DNA of 63,961 bases, from the NCBI GenBank assembly GCA_964634445.1, contig CAZWJA010000005.1:1-63961 (forward strand), given 5' to 3'. Within the stretch, counting starts at the first letter, position 1. Each line of letters begins with the position of its first letter. A program made the translations under genes and the position numbers. The notes beneath the pieces were generated by a model that saw only the letters and a program-made list of their open reading frames with translations, made no database searches and was not told the origin of the DNA. The stretch is from an uncultured Candidatus Saccharibacteria bacterium. GTDB lineage: Bacteria; Patescibacteriota; Saccharimonadia; Saccharimonadales; AWTP1-31. Shown piece by piece: positions 11,393 through 19,298 of the stretch.

Positions 11393-12410
11393 TCATGGTG
11401 CCCTTCTTTTTGTATTCGTTTTTGTTATTTGTTTATAAATGTGGCTTCCGAAGAGGTTTTGATGGAAGTGTAATTTGGAGCCGGACGGTAAATGCGCTGC
11501 TGTAAAATTACTATTAAGCGCTTACCGTCCTAGCTGTGACTGACCGCTCTTTCTGCGTTTAACGCAGATTGAGCGACGAAGAGATTTGTAAGTTTTTATT
11601 TTTGTCCTTACGCTTTTTACCATACTAGAACAAAATCCTTATGTCAATAACTTTATGTAGTATTCTTTACTACTTTACAGTAGTCGTACGTTATATTTAC
11701 GTACTTTTCGGCAAAATACTTTGTTATATTATTTACATCGTATGTTTTGATTTGTATAGTTTTATAGCCTTATAAAACCCCTTATTTGTCAGTATTTTTC
11801 TAATTTATAGCCTAAACAAATATCATTAATAATGATCATCAAAATATAAAAATACAGCAAAAAACCTGACTACTTTTTTTATATTAAATGCTCTAATCGA
11901 TATGTATTTGGTACGTGGATGACCTTCTAATATTTCTGTAAGTTTTAAAATATTCTAATAATTAGGCTTTAATTTTAACTACTAAGCTAGTTTGTTATTT
12001 ATGAAAAGCACTCAGTTTTCAACTTTTTATCTAGTTTCGTAGTTTTAAATAACCATTTTCTATTAAAAAGCCTATATCTCACACGATAATATTTGTTGTT
12101 GTTTATTGCAGAAAAGTGATTAAACCTATAAATCTATAACAAACTTGAGCTAATTTGCCTGTTAATAGTCACTACTGCGGCTAATTTCACTAATCCTAGT
12201 GATGCATTACTAAGCATTGTTTAGTTCAGCCCTATATTTCTCGAAATTGTGTTTTACCCTACTTTTCATATTTTTTGTTTTATTAATATCTATAAGAATA
12301 TTGTCTTTATTTGCCTCAAAATTGATAAAAAGCGTATTCAATAATAAGCTGCCTTTAAGGCTTAGGATTGAGTTATACACAGGTATTTTTATATTTTAAT
12401 CATTATCGTA

Positions 12411-12439
12411 TTGACATAGTTTCAGACTATTTATAAGAT
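12411..12439 (+). promoter_or_regulatory. Candidate promoter P1 (TTGACA-17-TAAGAT)
   Basis: TTGACA at 12411-12416, a 17-nt spacer, TAAGAT at 12434-12439. Predicted start near 12446. Confidence 0.5.
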
Positions 12440-12445
12440 AGGCGT

Positions 12446-12616
12446 AGCACTTGAATAAAAAAAGTGCTCAAAAACAAAAACGACATTGTAACAACGGCTT
12501 CTCGCAAGCCGTTGTTCCATCCAAAACCAAACCAAAAATAATCAAATCAAAAAGCAAAACTAAAACTCTAAACTAAAAAGAAAACAGCTCCACCTCGTAA
12601 GGAGCTGTTTTTATTT
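12446..12616 (+). ncRNA. Candidate small RNA or ribosomal-protein (L20-type) leader/attenuator upstream of infC
   Basis: Follows promoter P1. Hairpin AGCACTT...AAGTGCT (12446-12468). Perfect 11-bp hairpin AACAACGGCTT-CTCGC-AAGCCGTTGTT (12490-12516). A ~65-nt unstructured A/C-rich tract, then an intrinsic terminator. No ATG-initiated ORF. Confidence 0.35.
12583..12616 (+). terminator. Rho-independent terminator
   Basis: AACAGCTCC-loop-GGAGCTGTT followed by TTTTATTT. Confidence 0.65.
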
Positions 12617-12710
12617 GTTAGCTAACTTAATATTTATATTCCCTTTATTACTAACTTTATAAATCTAATTATTAACATCAATAATCTTATGCCATACATA
12701 CATAAATTAC

Positions 12711-12739
12711 TTGACCCCTGTTACTAAGTCTGTTACACT
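12711..12739 (+). promoter_or_regulatory. Candidate proximal promoter P2 for infC-rpmI-rplT (TTGACC-17-TACACT)
   Basis: TTGACC at 12711-12716, a 17-nt spacer, TACACT at 12734-12739, about 50 nt upstream of infC. Confidence 0.45.
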
Positions 12740-12791
12740 AATGCCTAACCTTAATCGATGCAAGGAGTAAGTAATCACCAAGGTAACTCGC

Positions 12792-13304
12792 TTGAATCAT
12801 ATGATTCGAGCCTCACAACTTAGGGTCATTGACCAAGACGGCAAGCAACTCGGAGTGATGTCCAAAGAGGAAGCACTACGTGAAGCGGAAGAACAAGGAT
12901 TAGATCTCGTTGAGATTTCACCTGAAGCCAACCCGCCTGTCGTAAAGATCATTGACTGGGGCAAGTACAACTACCAGAAGACTAAGCAGCTGCAAAAGAA
13001 TAAACGCAGTGCAAAGTCATTTGAAGTTAAACAAATGCGCTTCGGGTTGAAAATTGGTGAGCACGATCTGGATGTTAAGACTCGAAAGATCAATGGATTT
13101 CTAGAGTCCGGCCACAAGGTGAAGATAACAATCTTTTACCGCGGACGTGAATTAGCGCATAAGGATCTAGGATTTACCCTTGCCGATAAAGTAATTGGTG
13201 GTTTCGGTGATACAATATCAGTCGACCAAAAGCCCCAGTTAAATGGAAAGCAGTTAAGTTTTGTGATTAGGAGCAACAACAATGCCAAAGCTAAAAACCC
13301 ATAG
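12792..13304 (+). CDS. infC: Translation initiation factor IF-3
   Basis: 170 aa with IRASQLRVIDQDGKQLGVMSKEEALREAEEQGLDLVEISPEANPPVVKIIDWGKY. The start is non-ATG (TTG at 12792 with AAGGT 8 nt upstream; ATG at 12801 is an alternative). Classical infC-rpmI-rplT order. Confidence 0.93.
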   Translation: MNHMIRASQLRVIDQDGKQLGVMSKEEALREAEEQGLDLVEISPEANPPVVKIIDWGKYNYQKTKQLQKNKRSAKSFEVKQMRFGLKIGEHDLDVKTRKINGFLESGHKVKITIFYRGRELAHKDLGFTLADKVIGGFGDTISVDQKPQLNGKQLSFVIRSNNNAKAKNP

Positions 13305-13476
13305 TGGAACAAAAGACCGAGTAAAAGTAACCAAGAATGGTAAAGTTCTTAGGCGCAAGTCTATGGCCAGTCACTTTTTGCAGAAAAAGACCGGCAGCCG
13401 CAAGCGAACGCTGGCAGGACTACATACTGTTAGCGGTAAAGCTAAAAAGAACCTTAAAACAGCCCTAGGAGCGTAA
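13282..13476 (+). CDS. rpmI: 50S ribosomal protein L35
   Basis: 64 aa, [26 protein letters not shown]. Overlaps the infC end by 23 nt. Confidence 0.93.
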   Translation: MPKLKTHSGTKDRVKVTKNGKVLRRKSMASHFLQKKTGSRKRTLAGLHTVSGKAKKNLKTALGA

Positions 13477-13478
13477 GA

Positions 13479-13823
13479 ATGAGAGTAAAAAGAGGCGTTA
13501 CAAGCCACGCAAAGCACCAGAAAATCAGGAAAGCAACCAAAGGGTTTACCCGTGGCAACCGATCCAGCATCAAACGAGGCCGTCAAGCTATAACTAAAGG
13601 CCTACAATTCGCATACCGAGACCGAAGAAACAAGAAACGTACCTTCCGCGCACTTTGGAACTCAAGAATTAATGCTGCAGCTAGAATCAACGGTACTACA
13701 TATAGCAAGCTAATTGCCGGTCTTAAAGCTGTAAATATTAGCTTGGACCGTAAAGTACTTAGCGAATTAGCTGTAAACGAGCCAGATGCATTTACTGCAG
13801 TAGTTAAAGCTACTCAAAAATAA
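13479..13823 (+). CDS. rplT: 50S ribosomal protein L20
   Basis: 114 aa, [23 protein letters not shown]...[24 protein letters not shown]. Confidence 0.95.
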   Translation: MRVKRGVTSHAKHQKIRKATKGFTRGNRSSIKRGRQAITKGLQFAYRDRRNKKRTFRALWNSRINAAARINGTTYSKLIAGLKAVNISLDRKVLSELAVNEPDAFTAVVKATQK

Positions 13824-13837
13824 TATAACCTAGATAT

Positions 13838-14086
13838 ATGACAACGAGTGAGATAAATTCAGGTACATTCGAAGAAAGTATGAGTGAAGTATTTAGAACT
13901 TTCACTGAAGGCAAATATGTTGATCTGGATGAAGCAGCAGAATTACTTTCAAAAGTGGAGTCTGCAATTGGTAATGTTGCTTTCGTTTGTGGAATTTTGC
14001 CACAACGAAGCGATTTAGATAAAGTTGATCTGCTTAGATACATAGCGGTAGGTCCACCCAAAAGCATAGTTCTTGGTGAAAACTAG
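13838..14086 (+). CDS. Hypothetical small acidic protein
   Basis: 82-aa ORF directly after rplT, followed by a strong terminator. No motif recognised. Confidence 0.45.
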   Translation: MTTSEINSGTFEESMSEVFRTFTEGKYVDLDEAAELLSKVESAIGNVAFVCGILPQRSDLDKVDLLRYIAVGPPKSIVLGEN

Positions 14087-14110
14087 AATAAATTAAAATT
14101 GTCATAAACT

Positions 14111-14150
14111 AAAAAACCGCTCGATTGAATTTCAAAAGAGCGGTTTTTTA
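14111..14150. terminator. Bidirectional intrinsic terminator between the rplT operon and rnpB
   Basis: AAAAAACCGCTC-loop-GAGCGGTTTTTT, with A-run and T-run flanks so it can work on both strands. Confidence 0.7.
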
Positions 14151-14152
14151 GT

Positions 14153-14490
14153 GTCAGATTATCCGTAAGCCGGGTTCTGTTCTATCTAGCCATCTATCTA
14201 GTTCTACAATTGCTCATAGAATCATGCGGATATATTGATTAGCTCCAGCGGGACGCTTTAATGGAACATATCTCCTTGCAGCGGACAGGGTTTACCTAAT
14301 TCTTACGTCACCGTACGAATTTGTGGGCTCTTACCCCACTCGTTTCACCCTTACCTGGCAAGCCAGGCGGTATCGTTTCTGTGGCACTTTCCCTAAGGTT
14401 GCCCTTGGTTGCCGTTAGCAACTGTCCTTCCCTATGCTGCCCGGACTTTCCTCCTGAGTTTTACCTCAGGCGACTAGTCGATAATCTAAC
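14153..14490 (-). ncRNA. rnpB: RNase P RNA (bacterial type)
   Basis: The minus strand contains GAGGAAAGTCCGGGC (P4 5' strand) near the 5' end and ACAGAACCCGGCTTAC (P4 3' strand) near the 3' end. The termini AGATTATC / GATAATCT can pair as P1. No ORF. Confidence 0.9.
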
Positions 14491-14514
14491 ATAAGTATTA
14501 TATCATATTTACGC

Positions 14515-15291
14515 TTATTGAGAAGTGTTAAGGACTTCGTTAACTATGGCATCCGCCTGCTTATTATGTTCCCTTGGAACATGTTCAAAGATTACCTTGC
14601 TAAACCTTCCAACTAGTTCTTTTGTCGAGTGATTAATCGCAACAAGATCTTTATTACTAACTTTATATGCACCCTTCATTTGATTTACTACCAGCATACT
14701 GTCCATGTAAACATGTACAATTGTCGCTTTGCGTTTCAAAGCCTCCTCTAATCCTAGTTTTAAGGCTTGGTATTCAGCCTGATTGTTAGTCGTTACGCCT
14801 AAATACAGCCCATTCTTGGCAATAATAGTGTCATTCATATCCATAAGCACAAATCCGGAAGCCGAAGGCCCTGGGTTGCCTCTCGACCCGCCATCGGTAA
14901 ATAATTTAACTTCTAACGGTTTAGTTTGTTGGACATTTTCTTGTCCACTGTCTTTATTGAAAGCAAAACAAATTATTTTTACCGGCGTTTCCGCAGTCAC
15001 TTGATTGCCGTAGTATTCCCTGAATTTCTTTAGTAAAGCGTCGAGTGGAGCCAGTTTTTCGGTTGGTAGCAAGTCCCCTTTAAGTATCTTGCCAAGTTGT
15101 TTTTCAAGAACGCTGGTGATCTGAGCAGTACCGATAGTCACCCAGGTTTCAGGTTTCAATGGATCAACTTTATCAATTAGAGCTACTTTGTCGTTTACAT
15201 GGAGGTCTTTGTCGTCATTAATCCTCCATGTGCATGTATTTCCGTTTATTACTTCTTGGGCGTGGTCGTGGTTTAGTTTTAGACTTTTCAT
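14515..15291 (-). CDS. rnhA: Fusion protein: N-terminal ASCH/PUA-like domain plus C-terminal RNase HI
   Basis: 258 aa. The C-terminal half has FTDGGSRGNPGPSASGFV, NNQAEYQALKLGLEEAL, VYMDSMLVVNQM and HNKQADAIVNE (the DEDD-type RNase H motifs). The first ~115 aa (LKLNHDHAQEVINGNTCTWRINDDKDLHVNDKVALID) resemble ASCH domains. Confidence 0.75.
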   Translation of the reverse strand: MKSLKLNHDHAQEVINGNTCTWRINDDKDLHVNDKVALIDKVDPLKPETWVTIGTAQITSVLEKQLGKILKGDLLPTEKLAPLDALLKKFREYYGNQVTAETPVKIICFAFNKDSGQENVQQTKPLEVKLFTDGGSRGNPGPSASGFVLMDMNDTIIAKNGLYLGVTTNNQAEYQALKLGLEEALKRKATIVHVYMDSMLVVNQMKGAYKVSNKDLVAINHSTKELVGRFSKVIFEHVPREHNKQADAIVNEVLNTSQ

Positions 15292-15308
15292 GTCTTTATT
15301 CTACATGC

Positions 15309-15599
15309 TTAACTTTCATATATTCCGTATTCCGCAGTATCCGTACTTAATGAACCTGGATCTATTACTGGAGCTCTTAACATAATAAAGTCAGGGGGAG
15401 TTTCCACACGGTTAACTGGAACTGATTTAACAGTTCCTTCCCTCAATATCACTCTCTTCTCACTCGTCCACTTCTGTACCCTTTCATAAAGTTCTTCAAC
15501 TGCTTCATCGACTGTATATGTATTTAAGTCTAAGGTGGCATGAAGTAATCCTAGATTAGGGAAATAACCTATGAACCATTCTATATTTTTTTCTTCCAT
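15309..15599 (-). CDS. Hypothetical protein
   Basis: 96-aa ORF between tRNA-Pro and the RNase H gene. No motif recognised. Confidence 0.45.
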   Translation of the reverse strand: MEEKNIEWFIGYFPNLGLLHATLDLNTYTVDEAVEELYERVQKWTSEKRVILREGTVKSVPVNRVETPPDFIMLRAPVIDPGSLSTDTAEYGIYES

Positions 15600-15608
15600 T
15601 TTTCCTCC

Positions 15609-15684
15609 TGGTCAGGGTGAGAGGACTTGAACCTCCGGTCTCTGGACCCCCAGCCCAGCGCTTTACCAACTAAGCTACACCCTG
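15609..15684 (-). tRNA. tRNA-Pro (anticodon GGG), CCA encoded
   Basis: The minus strand reads CAGGGTG-TA-GCTT..AAGC-G-CTGGG-CTGGGGG-TCCAG-...GGTTCAAGTCC...CACCCTG-A-CCA. The cloverleaf folds by hand, with G37 after the anticodon. TATAAT lies at 15698..15693, just upstream. Confidence 0.9.
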
Positions 15685-15710
15685 TTATTTCAATTATATC
15701 CGTATTTCTA

Positions 15711-15738
15711 GAATAAAGAAAAAGCACCGCTTGGGTGC
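15711..15738 (-). terminator. Intrinsic terminator closing the site-2-protease transcript or a candidate sRNA
   Basis: Minus strand GCACC-CAAGC-GGTGC followed by TTTTTCTTTATT. Confidence 0.55.
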
Positions 15739-15904
15739 TTGGTTCGGCTGGCTTCCAACATGACAACCTGGATTTTGAAACCAGGTGGGTTTCCGCACGA
15801 CCAAAGCCACGGCTCGATCAAATATTGGAATCCCCTATGATAAGTAATCAGATTATCATATTGTTGGCACCAGCCATATGCATATTATATCGGATGAAAT
15901 CTAT

Positions 15905-16534
15905 TTACGTAAGTAAAATAGAATACAGACTTTCCACTACATTTGACACTACCGGACCAACAAATGGGAAAAACACGAACATGAATATAACGATCGACAT
16001 TAGTCCGCCCATTTCTATCTGGTACATGAGCCGTTGTAAGGGTTCGGGTGCAAAAGCAAACAGCAAGCGCGATCCGTCTAATGGTGGAAAAGGAATCATA
16101 TTGAAGACAAAGAAGCTGAGATTAATAATTACAAACGTACTAATGATGTTGAATAAGTCTGTACCGACTGCTATACCGGTAATTCGTACCACTAAAGCTG
16201 CAATCACCGCTAAGGCAAGATTTGTTAGCGGACCGGCTATACCAACCAGAGCTGCCCCAAACTCTTCGTACTTTACGCTGTTAGGGTTAAACGGAACTGG
16301 TTTTGCAATAAAGAACGGTGGAATACCCATAAGTATCAATACCATTGGCAACAATACGGTAGTAAGAATATCTATATGCTTTAAGGGGTTTAAAGTCAGC
16401 CGGCCCATGTCTTTAGCAGTTGTGTCCCCTAGCCAGTGGGAAGTAAAGGCATGCATAGCTTCGTGTATCGCCATGGACAACAAAATACAAGCGAAAATAA
16501 TTAATAATTGGCCACCAGAAGTATCATTCAGCAT
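15905..16534 (-). CDS. Site-2 protease family (M50-like) zinc metalloprotease, membrane embedded
   Basis: 209 aa, polytopic. HExxH motif in AIHEAMHAF and a second conserved region NMIPFPPLDGSRLL. Confidence 0.75.
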   Translation of the reverse strand: MLNDTSGGQLLIIFACILLSMAIHEAMHAFTSHWLGDTTAKDMGRLTLNPLKHIDILTTVLLPMVLILMGIPPFFIAKPVPFNPNSVKYEEFGAALVGIAGPLTNLALAVIAALVVRITGIAVGTDLFNIISTFVIINLSFFVFNMIPFPPLDGSRLLFAFAPEPLQRLMYQIEMGGLMSIVIFMFVFFPFVGPVVSNVVESLYSILLT

Positions 16535-16631
16535 AACCTAACCAGTATAACAAAAATTTTCCCTTAAAGATCCTTGACTAAAATACTTAAAACCACTACA
16601 ATAACCCCTTGAATCTAAAGGAAACAATGTA

Positions 16632-16823
16632 ATGCAGAAATGTGAAATCACAGGCAAAGGAAAACAGTTCGGACATAACGTCAGCTTTTCCCAGCGCCAC
16701 ACCAAGAAAGTTTGGAAACCGAACCTACAGACAAAGACAGTTACTGTTGACGGCAAGAAAGTTACCCTTAAAATCAGTACCCAAGCAATCAGGACTTTGA
16801 AGAAAAAAGGCTTGCTAGTCTAA
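16632..16823 (+). CDS. rpmB: 50S ribosomal protein L28
   Basis: 63 aa, MQKCEITGKGKQFGHNVSFSQRHTKKVWKPNLQ. Confidence 0.92.
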   Translation: MQKCEITGKGKQFGHNVSFSQRHTKKVWKPNLQTKTVTVDGKKVTLKISTQAIRTLKKKGLLV

Positions 16824-16840
16824 ATTCTTTTTAAAAAGTC

Positions 16841-17470
16841 TTATTGTCTTTCTAAAACAATAAGTTGAGGTTGTTCGTTAAGCAAGTCGCTAGCCTTTAA
16901 TTTTAGCCTAGCGACTTTTTCTTTTGGCTCCATGGCTAGTGTTATTAATACTTCGTCCAGGCTAACTGCAGGAACAGGATAGTTCAGCTTATCATCTTTA
17001 TACTGCGTAGGAATAATTATTTTCGGCTCAATCTGCTTGATAACCTGCGCAGCTCCTTCGGCATCTAGAGTAAAGCCATGGCCGCCAACCGGAACGATTA
17101 ATACGTCTATCACTCCAAGCTCTTCCAACTGTTTTTCACTAAGGCCAGGGTATATATGACCGACAACCGCTATCCTTATTTCGTCAGCTACTATCTTGTA
17201 CATTGTAGCGGACAGCTTATCTTCTTCGTCGACATGCGCTCTGGCTGCCACACCTATTACCGTTATGTCTGAGGCTTCATATTCTCCCGGGGCATCAATA
17301 ACTAAGTTTTCCGACTTTACTTCTTTTTCTGGCCGCAACGTGAAAAGCTGCATATCAGATGGTTTGGCTACGGCTGATCCGCCCAAGCTTTTAATATCGT
17401 CATCAATTACAATGTTAGATTTTTTCGAGCTGATTTTCACGCAGTTTGCACCGTAGAACTGTATTTCCAT
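16841..17470 (-). CDS. MBL-fold metal-dependent hydrolase (UlaG-like small family)
   Basis: 209 aa, MEIQFYGANCVKISSKKSNIVIDD...VGHIYPG...VPVGGHGFTLD, the pattern of the Lactamase_B_3-type family. Confidence 0.6.
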   Translation of the reverse strand: MEIQFYGANCVKISSKKSNIVIDDDIKSLGGSAVAKPSDMQLFTLRPEKEVKSENLVIDAPGEYEASDITVIGVAARAHVDEEDKLSATMYKIVADEIRIAVVGHIYPGLSEKQLEELGVIDVLIVPVGGHGFTLDAEGAAQVIKQIEPKIIIPTQYKDDKLNYPVPAVSLDEVLITLAMEPKEKVARLKLKASDLLNEQPQLIVLERQ

Positions 17471-17482
17471 GTTTCCCCTAAC

Positions 17483-18088
17483 TTACTTTTCTGACTGAGT
17501 CATTAAATTGTGTTTATCTATTATTACCTGTTTTTTAGCTGCTTTTACATTAGCTATGAACCTGTCCTTAATAGTCTCACGGTATTTATAATCAGACAGT
17601 GACATTACTGTATATCTAATTTCCTTGCCCTCTTTCTTCTCTAAATCGGCAACAAACTTATTTAACTGGGTTTGGTTAATATCTCCGACCAGTAGAAGAT
17701 CAATTCCAGAAGTTTCATCCCTAGTAAATTGGCCGGAATAAATAACCAGTTCTACGTTTCCAAGTGTCTTAAAGTTGTCGTCTGGTGCTGACGACTTGCC
17801 TTCAACAGCGGCTTTCTTGCCTTTTGCTGGTTTTTTGCCACCGAATATTTCAGATAGCGGCGAATAATAATCAAAGTCCTGGTTTACTTCATAGTAAAGC
17901 CGGTTATTGGTAGTGTCCGAACTTATGATTCCGATACTAAGTAGGTTCGCAAGTTCTCGTCTAACCGAATTTATCTGCTCGTCGATTTTTCGGGTTATTT
18001 CTCGAACATAAAAAGACCGGTTGGGATTACTATAAAAAAGCTGCAGCAGCTTTACCCTCGTTTTGGATCCAAATAGTTGTTCGATCAT
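17483..18088 (-). CDS. Winged-helix (ArsR-like) transcriptional regulator
   Basis: 201 aa. The N-terminus LFGSKTRVKLLQLFYSNPNRSFYVREITRKIDEQINSVRRELANL is a typical wHTH. Confidence 0.55.
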   Translation of the reverse strand: MIEQLFGSKTRVKLLQLFYSNPNRSFYVREITRKIDEQINSVRRELANLLSIGIISSDTTNNRLYYEVNQDFDYYSPLSEIFGGKKPAKGKKAAVEGKSSAPDDNFKTLGNVELVIYSGQFTRDETSGIDLLLVGDINQTQLNKFVADLEKKEGKEIRYTVMSLSDYKYRETIKDRFIANVKAAKKQVIIDKHNLMTQSEK

Positions 18089-18120
18089 ACCCCTATTGTA
18101 TCAGTTCTAAAGTAATTTGT

Positions 18121-18996
18121 TCAGGTGAATTTGTTCAAGAACTTTGCAACATCTGCTTCTACTTTACTGGGGTCGGCATACCAACGAATACTATTATTCC
18201 GCTTGAACCAGGTCTTTTGTTTTTTAGCTAGTTTCATATCCAAGTCCACATTTTGTTTAATGCAGCTCTCGATATCCTGATTAGCCGTGAAGTATGCTTT
18301 GAACGCCTTATAGGCTGGTGCTTGCATAGGAGCAACATCCCAACCGTATTTAATTGATAATCGTTTAATTTCTTCAAGCAGTCCGAATTTTAAAGTCTGC
18401 TCGACTCTGAACTCGGAACGTCGTCTTAGTTCATCTTTTTCTATTTCAAGACCAATTATTAAAATATTAGGCTGAATAGTATTGTGTTTTTTCGGTTCCG
18501 CACCTGCTTCTAGCGAACGAAGTAAATACCGAGGGTTATATTTATTTTCAGGTAGCGGAATTCCTCTTTGCGTAAGCTCAGACTTCAGTTCTTCAATGCT
18601 GACATCAGAAAAAGTGTCTCTTATTTTTTGGTTAACTGGTCTAAATTCATAATCAAATATAACGCTGTCTATATATAGCCCGCCACCCCCGACTAATATC
18701 GGCAGCTTATTTCGTGATTGTATTTCTTCAATCGCCGCTTCAGTAAGTTTTTTAAACTGCGCTACCGTAAAACTCTCGTTAGGATAAACAACATCAAGCA
18801 GATGATGCTTAACCTCTTTTTGATCTTGCGCAGTTGGTTTAGCGGTCCCGATATCCATATCTTTATATACTGTTCTGGAATCAGCACAGATAATTTCACC
18901 ATTAAACTTACTTGCCAATTGCATAGCTAGTGCAGACTTACCGCTTGCAGTCTGGCCGACTATTACTATTAAAGGTCCGTAATATTTGGTTTCCAT
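18121..18996 (-). CDS. miaA: tRNA dimethylallyltransferase
   Basis: 291 aa. P-loop GQTASGKSALAMQLA, IICADSRTVYKDMDIGTAKPT and PILVGGGGLY. Confidence 0.88.
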   Translation of the reverse strand: METKYYGPLIVIVGQTASGKSALAMQLASKFNGEIICADSRTVYKDMDIGTAKPTAQDQKEVKHHLLDVVYPNESFTVAQFKKLTEAAIEEIQSRNKLPILVGGGGLYIDSVIFDYEFRPVNQKIRDTFSDVSIEELKSELTQRGIPLPENKYNPRYLLRSLEAGAEPKKHNTIQPNILIIGLEIEKDELRRRSEFRVEQTLKFGLLEEIKRLSIKYGWDVAPMQAPAYKAFKAYFTANQDIESCIKQNVDLDMKLAKKQKTWFKRNNSIRWYADPSKVEADVAKFLNKFT

Positions 18997-19298
18997 ATGT
19001 ATTTCTCAATGTCTACTTTAAAATCTTCACTCACTTCATAACCTTCTGCTTCTAATACTTGCTTATGGCCGCTTTTACCACCTGGATATCCACTAGCCAA
19101 TCCACCCTGCTTATTCACAACTCGGTGCCACGGCAGTTTAATATCTCCGAAATGTGCTATCCCACCGACTATCCGAGCCGATCTAGGGCTGCCGCAAAAC
19201 GCAGCAATTTGACCATAAGTCATTACTTTGCCGTTGGGTATAAGCGCAACCAAATCATTTACTTTGCTTCTAAAGCCATCTTCCGGACTAGATTCCAC
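18969..19298 (-). CDS. Alkyltransferase-like (ATL) protein / MGMT-family DNA-binding domain lacking the acceptor cysteine
   Basis: 109 aa, GKVMTYGQIAAFCGSPRSARIVGGIA...LPWHRVVN. The canonical PCHRV motif carries Trp in place of Cys. Confidence 0.7.
   Translation of the reverse strand: MESSPEDGFRSKVNDLVALIPNGKVMTYGQIAAFCGSPRSARIVGGIAHFGDIKLPWHRVVNKQGGLASGYPGGKSGHKQVLEAEGYEVSEDFKVDIEKYIWKPNITDL

Noticed and set aside
11441-11600. tmRNA or SRP RNA in the GC-rich island
   Set aside because: There is no tRNA-like acceptor/T-arm (no GGTTCGAATCC...CCA), no tag-peptide reading frame and no SRP domain IV motif.
12217-12399. 60-aa ORF inside the AT-rich spacer
   Set aside because: The translation is a Phe/Leu/Ile-rich artefact of AT-rich sequence. 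It has no RBS and barely reaches the length threshold.
11393-12791. dif/Xer site or iteron array in the AT-rich spacer
   Set aside because: The best match to the conserved XerD arm (TTATGTAGTAT at ~11653) has the wrong spacing to any left arm. The repeated words (TTTAC, TATAGCC) are short and expected in AT-rich DNA.
15737-15808. Signal recognition particle (4.5S) RNA
   Set aside because: GGAAGCCAGCC resembles the SRP helix-8 3' strand. However, the apical loop is TTTCAAAAT rather than a GNRA tetraloop, and the conserved 5'-strand motif is missing. It is kept only as an unclassified candidate sRNA.
15735-16541. 268-aa plus-strand ORF, together with many other 60-140-aa ORFs in the track (for example 702..884, 1245..1568, 8455..8871, 36230..36553, 43570..43953, 49391..49744)
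   Set aside because: They lie antisense to or out of frame within strongly supported genes (site-2 protease, gyrA, ATPase, pilC, the 762-aa protein, MFS). They have low-complexity or Ser/Leu/Pro-biased translations typical of shadow ORFs.
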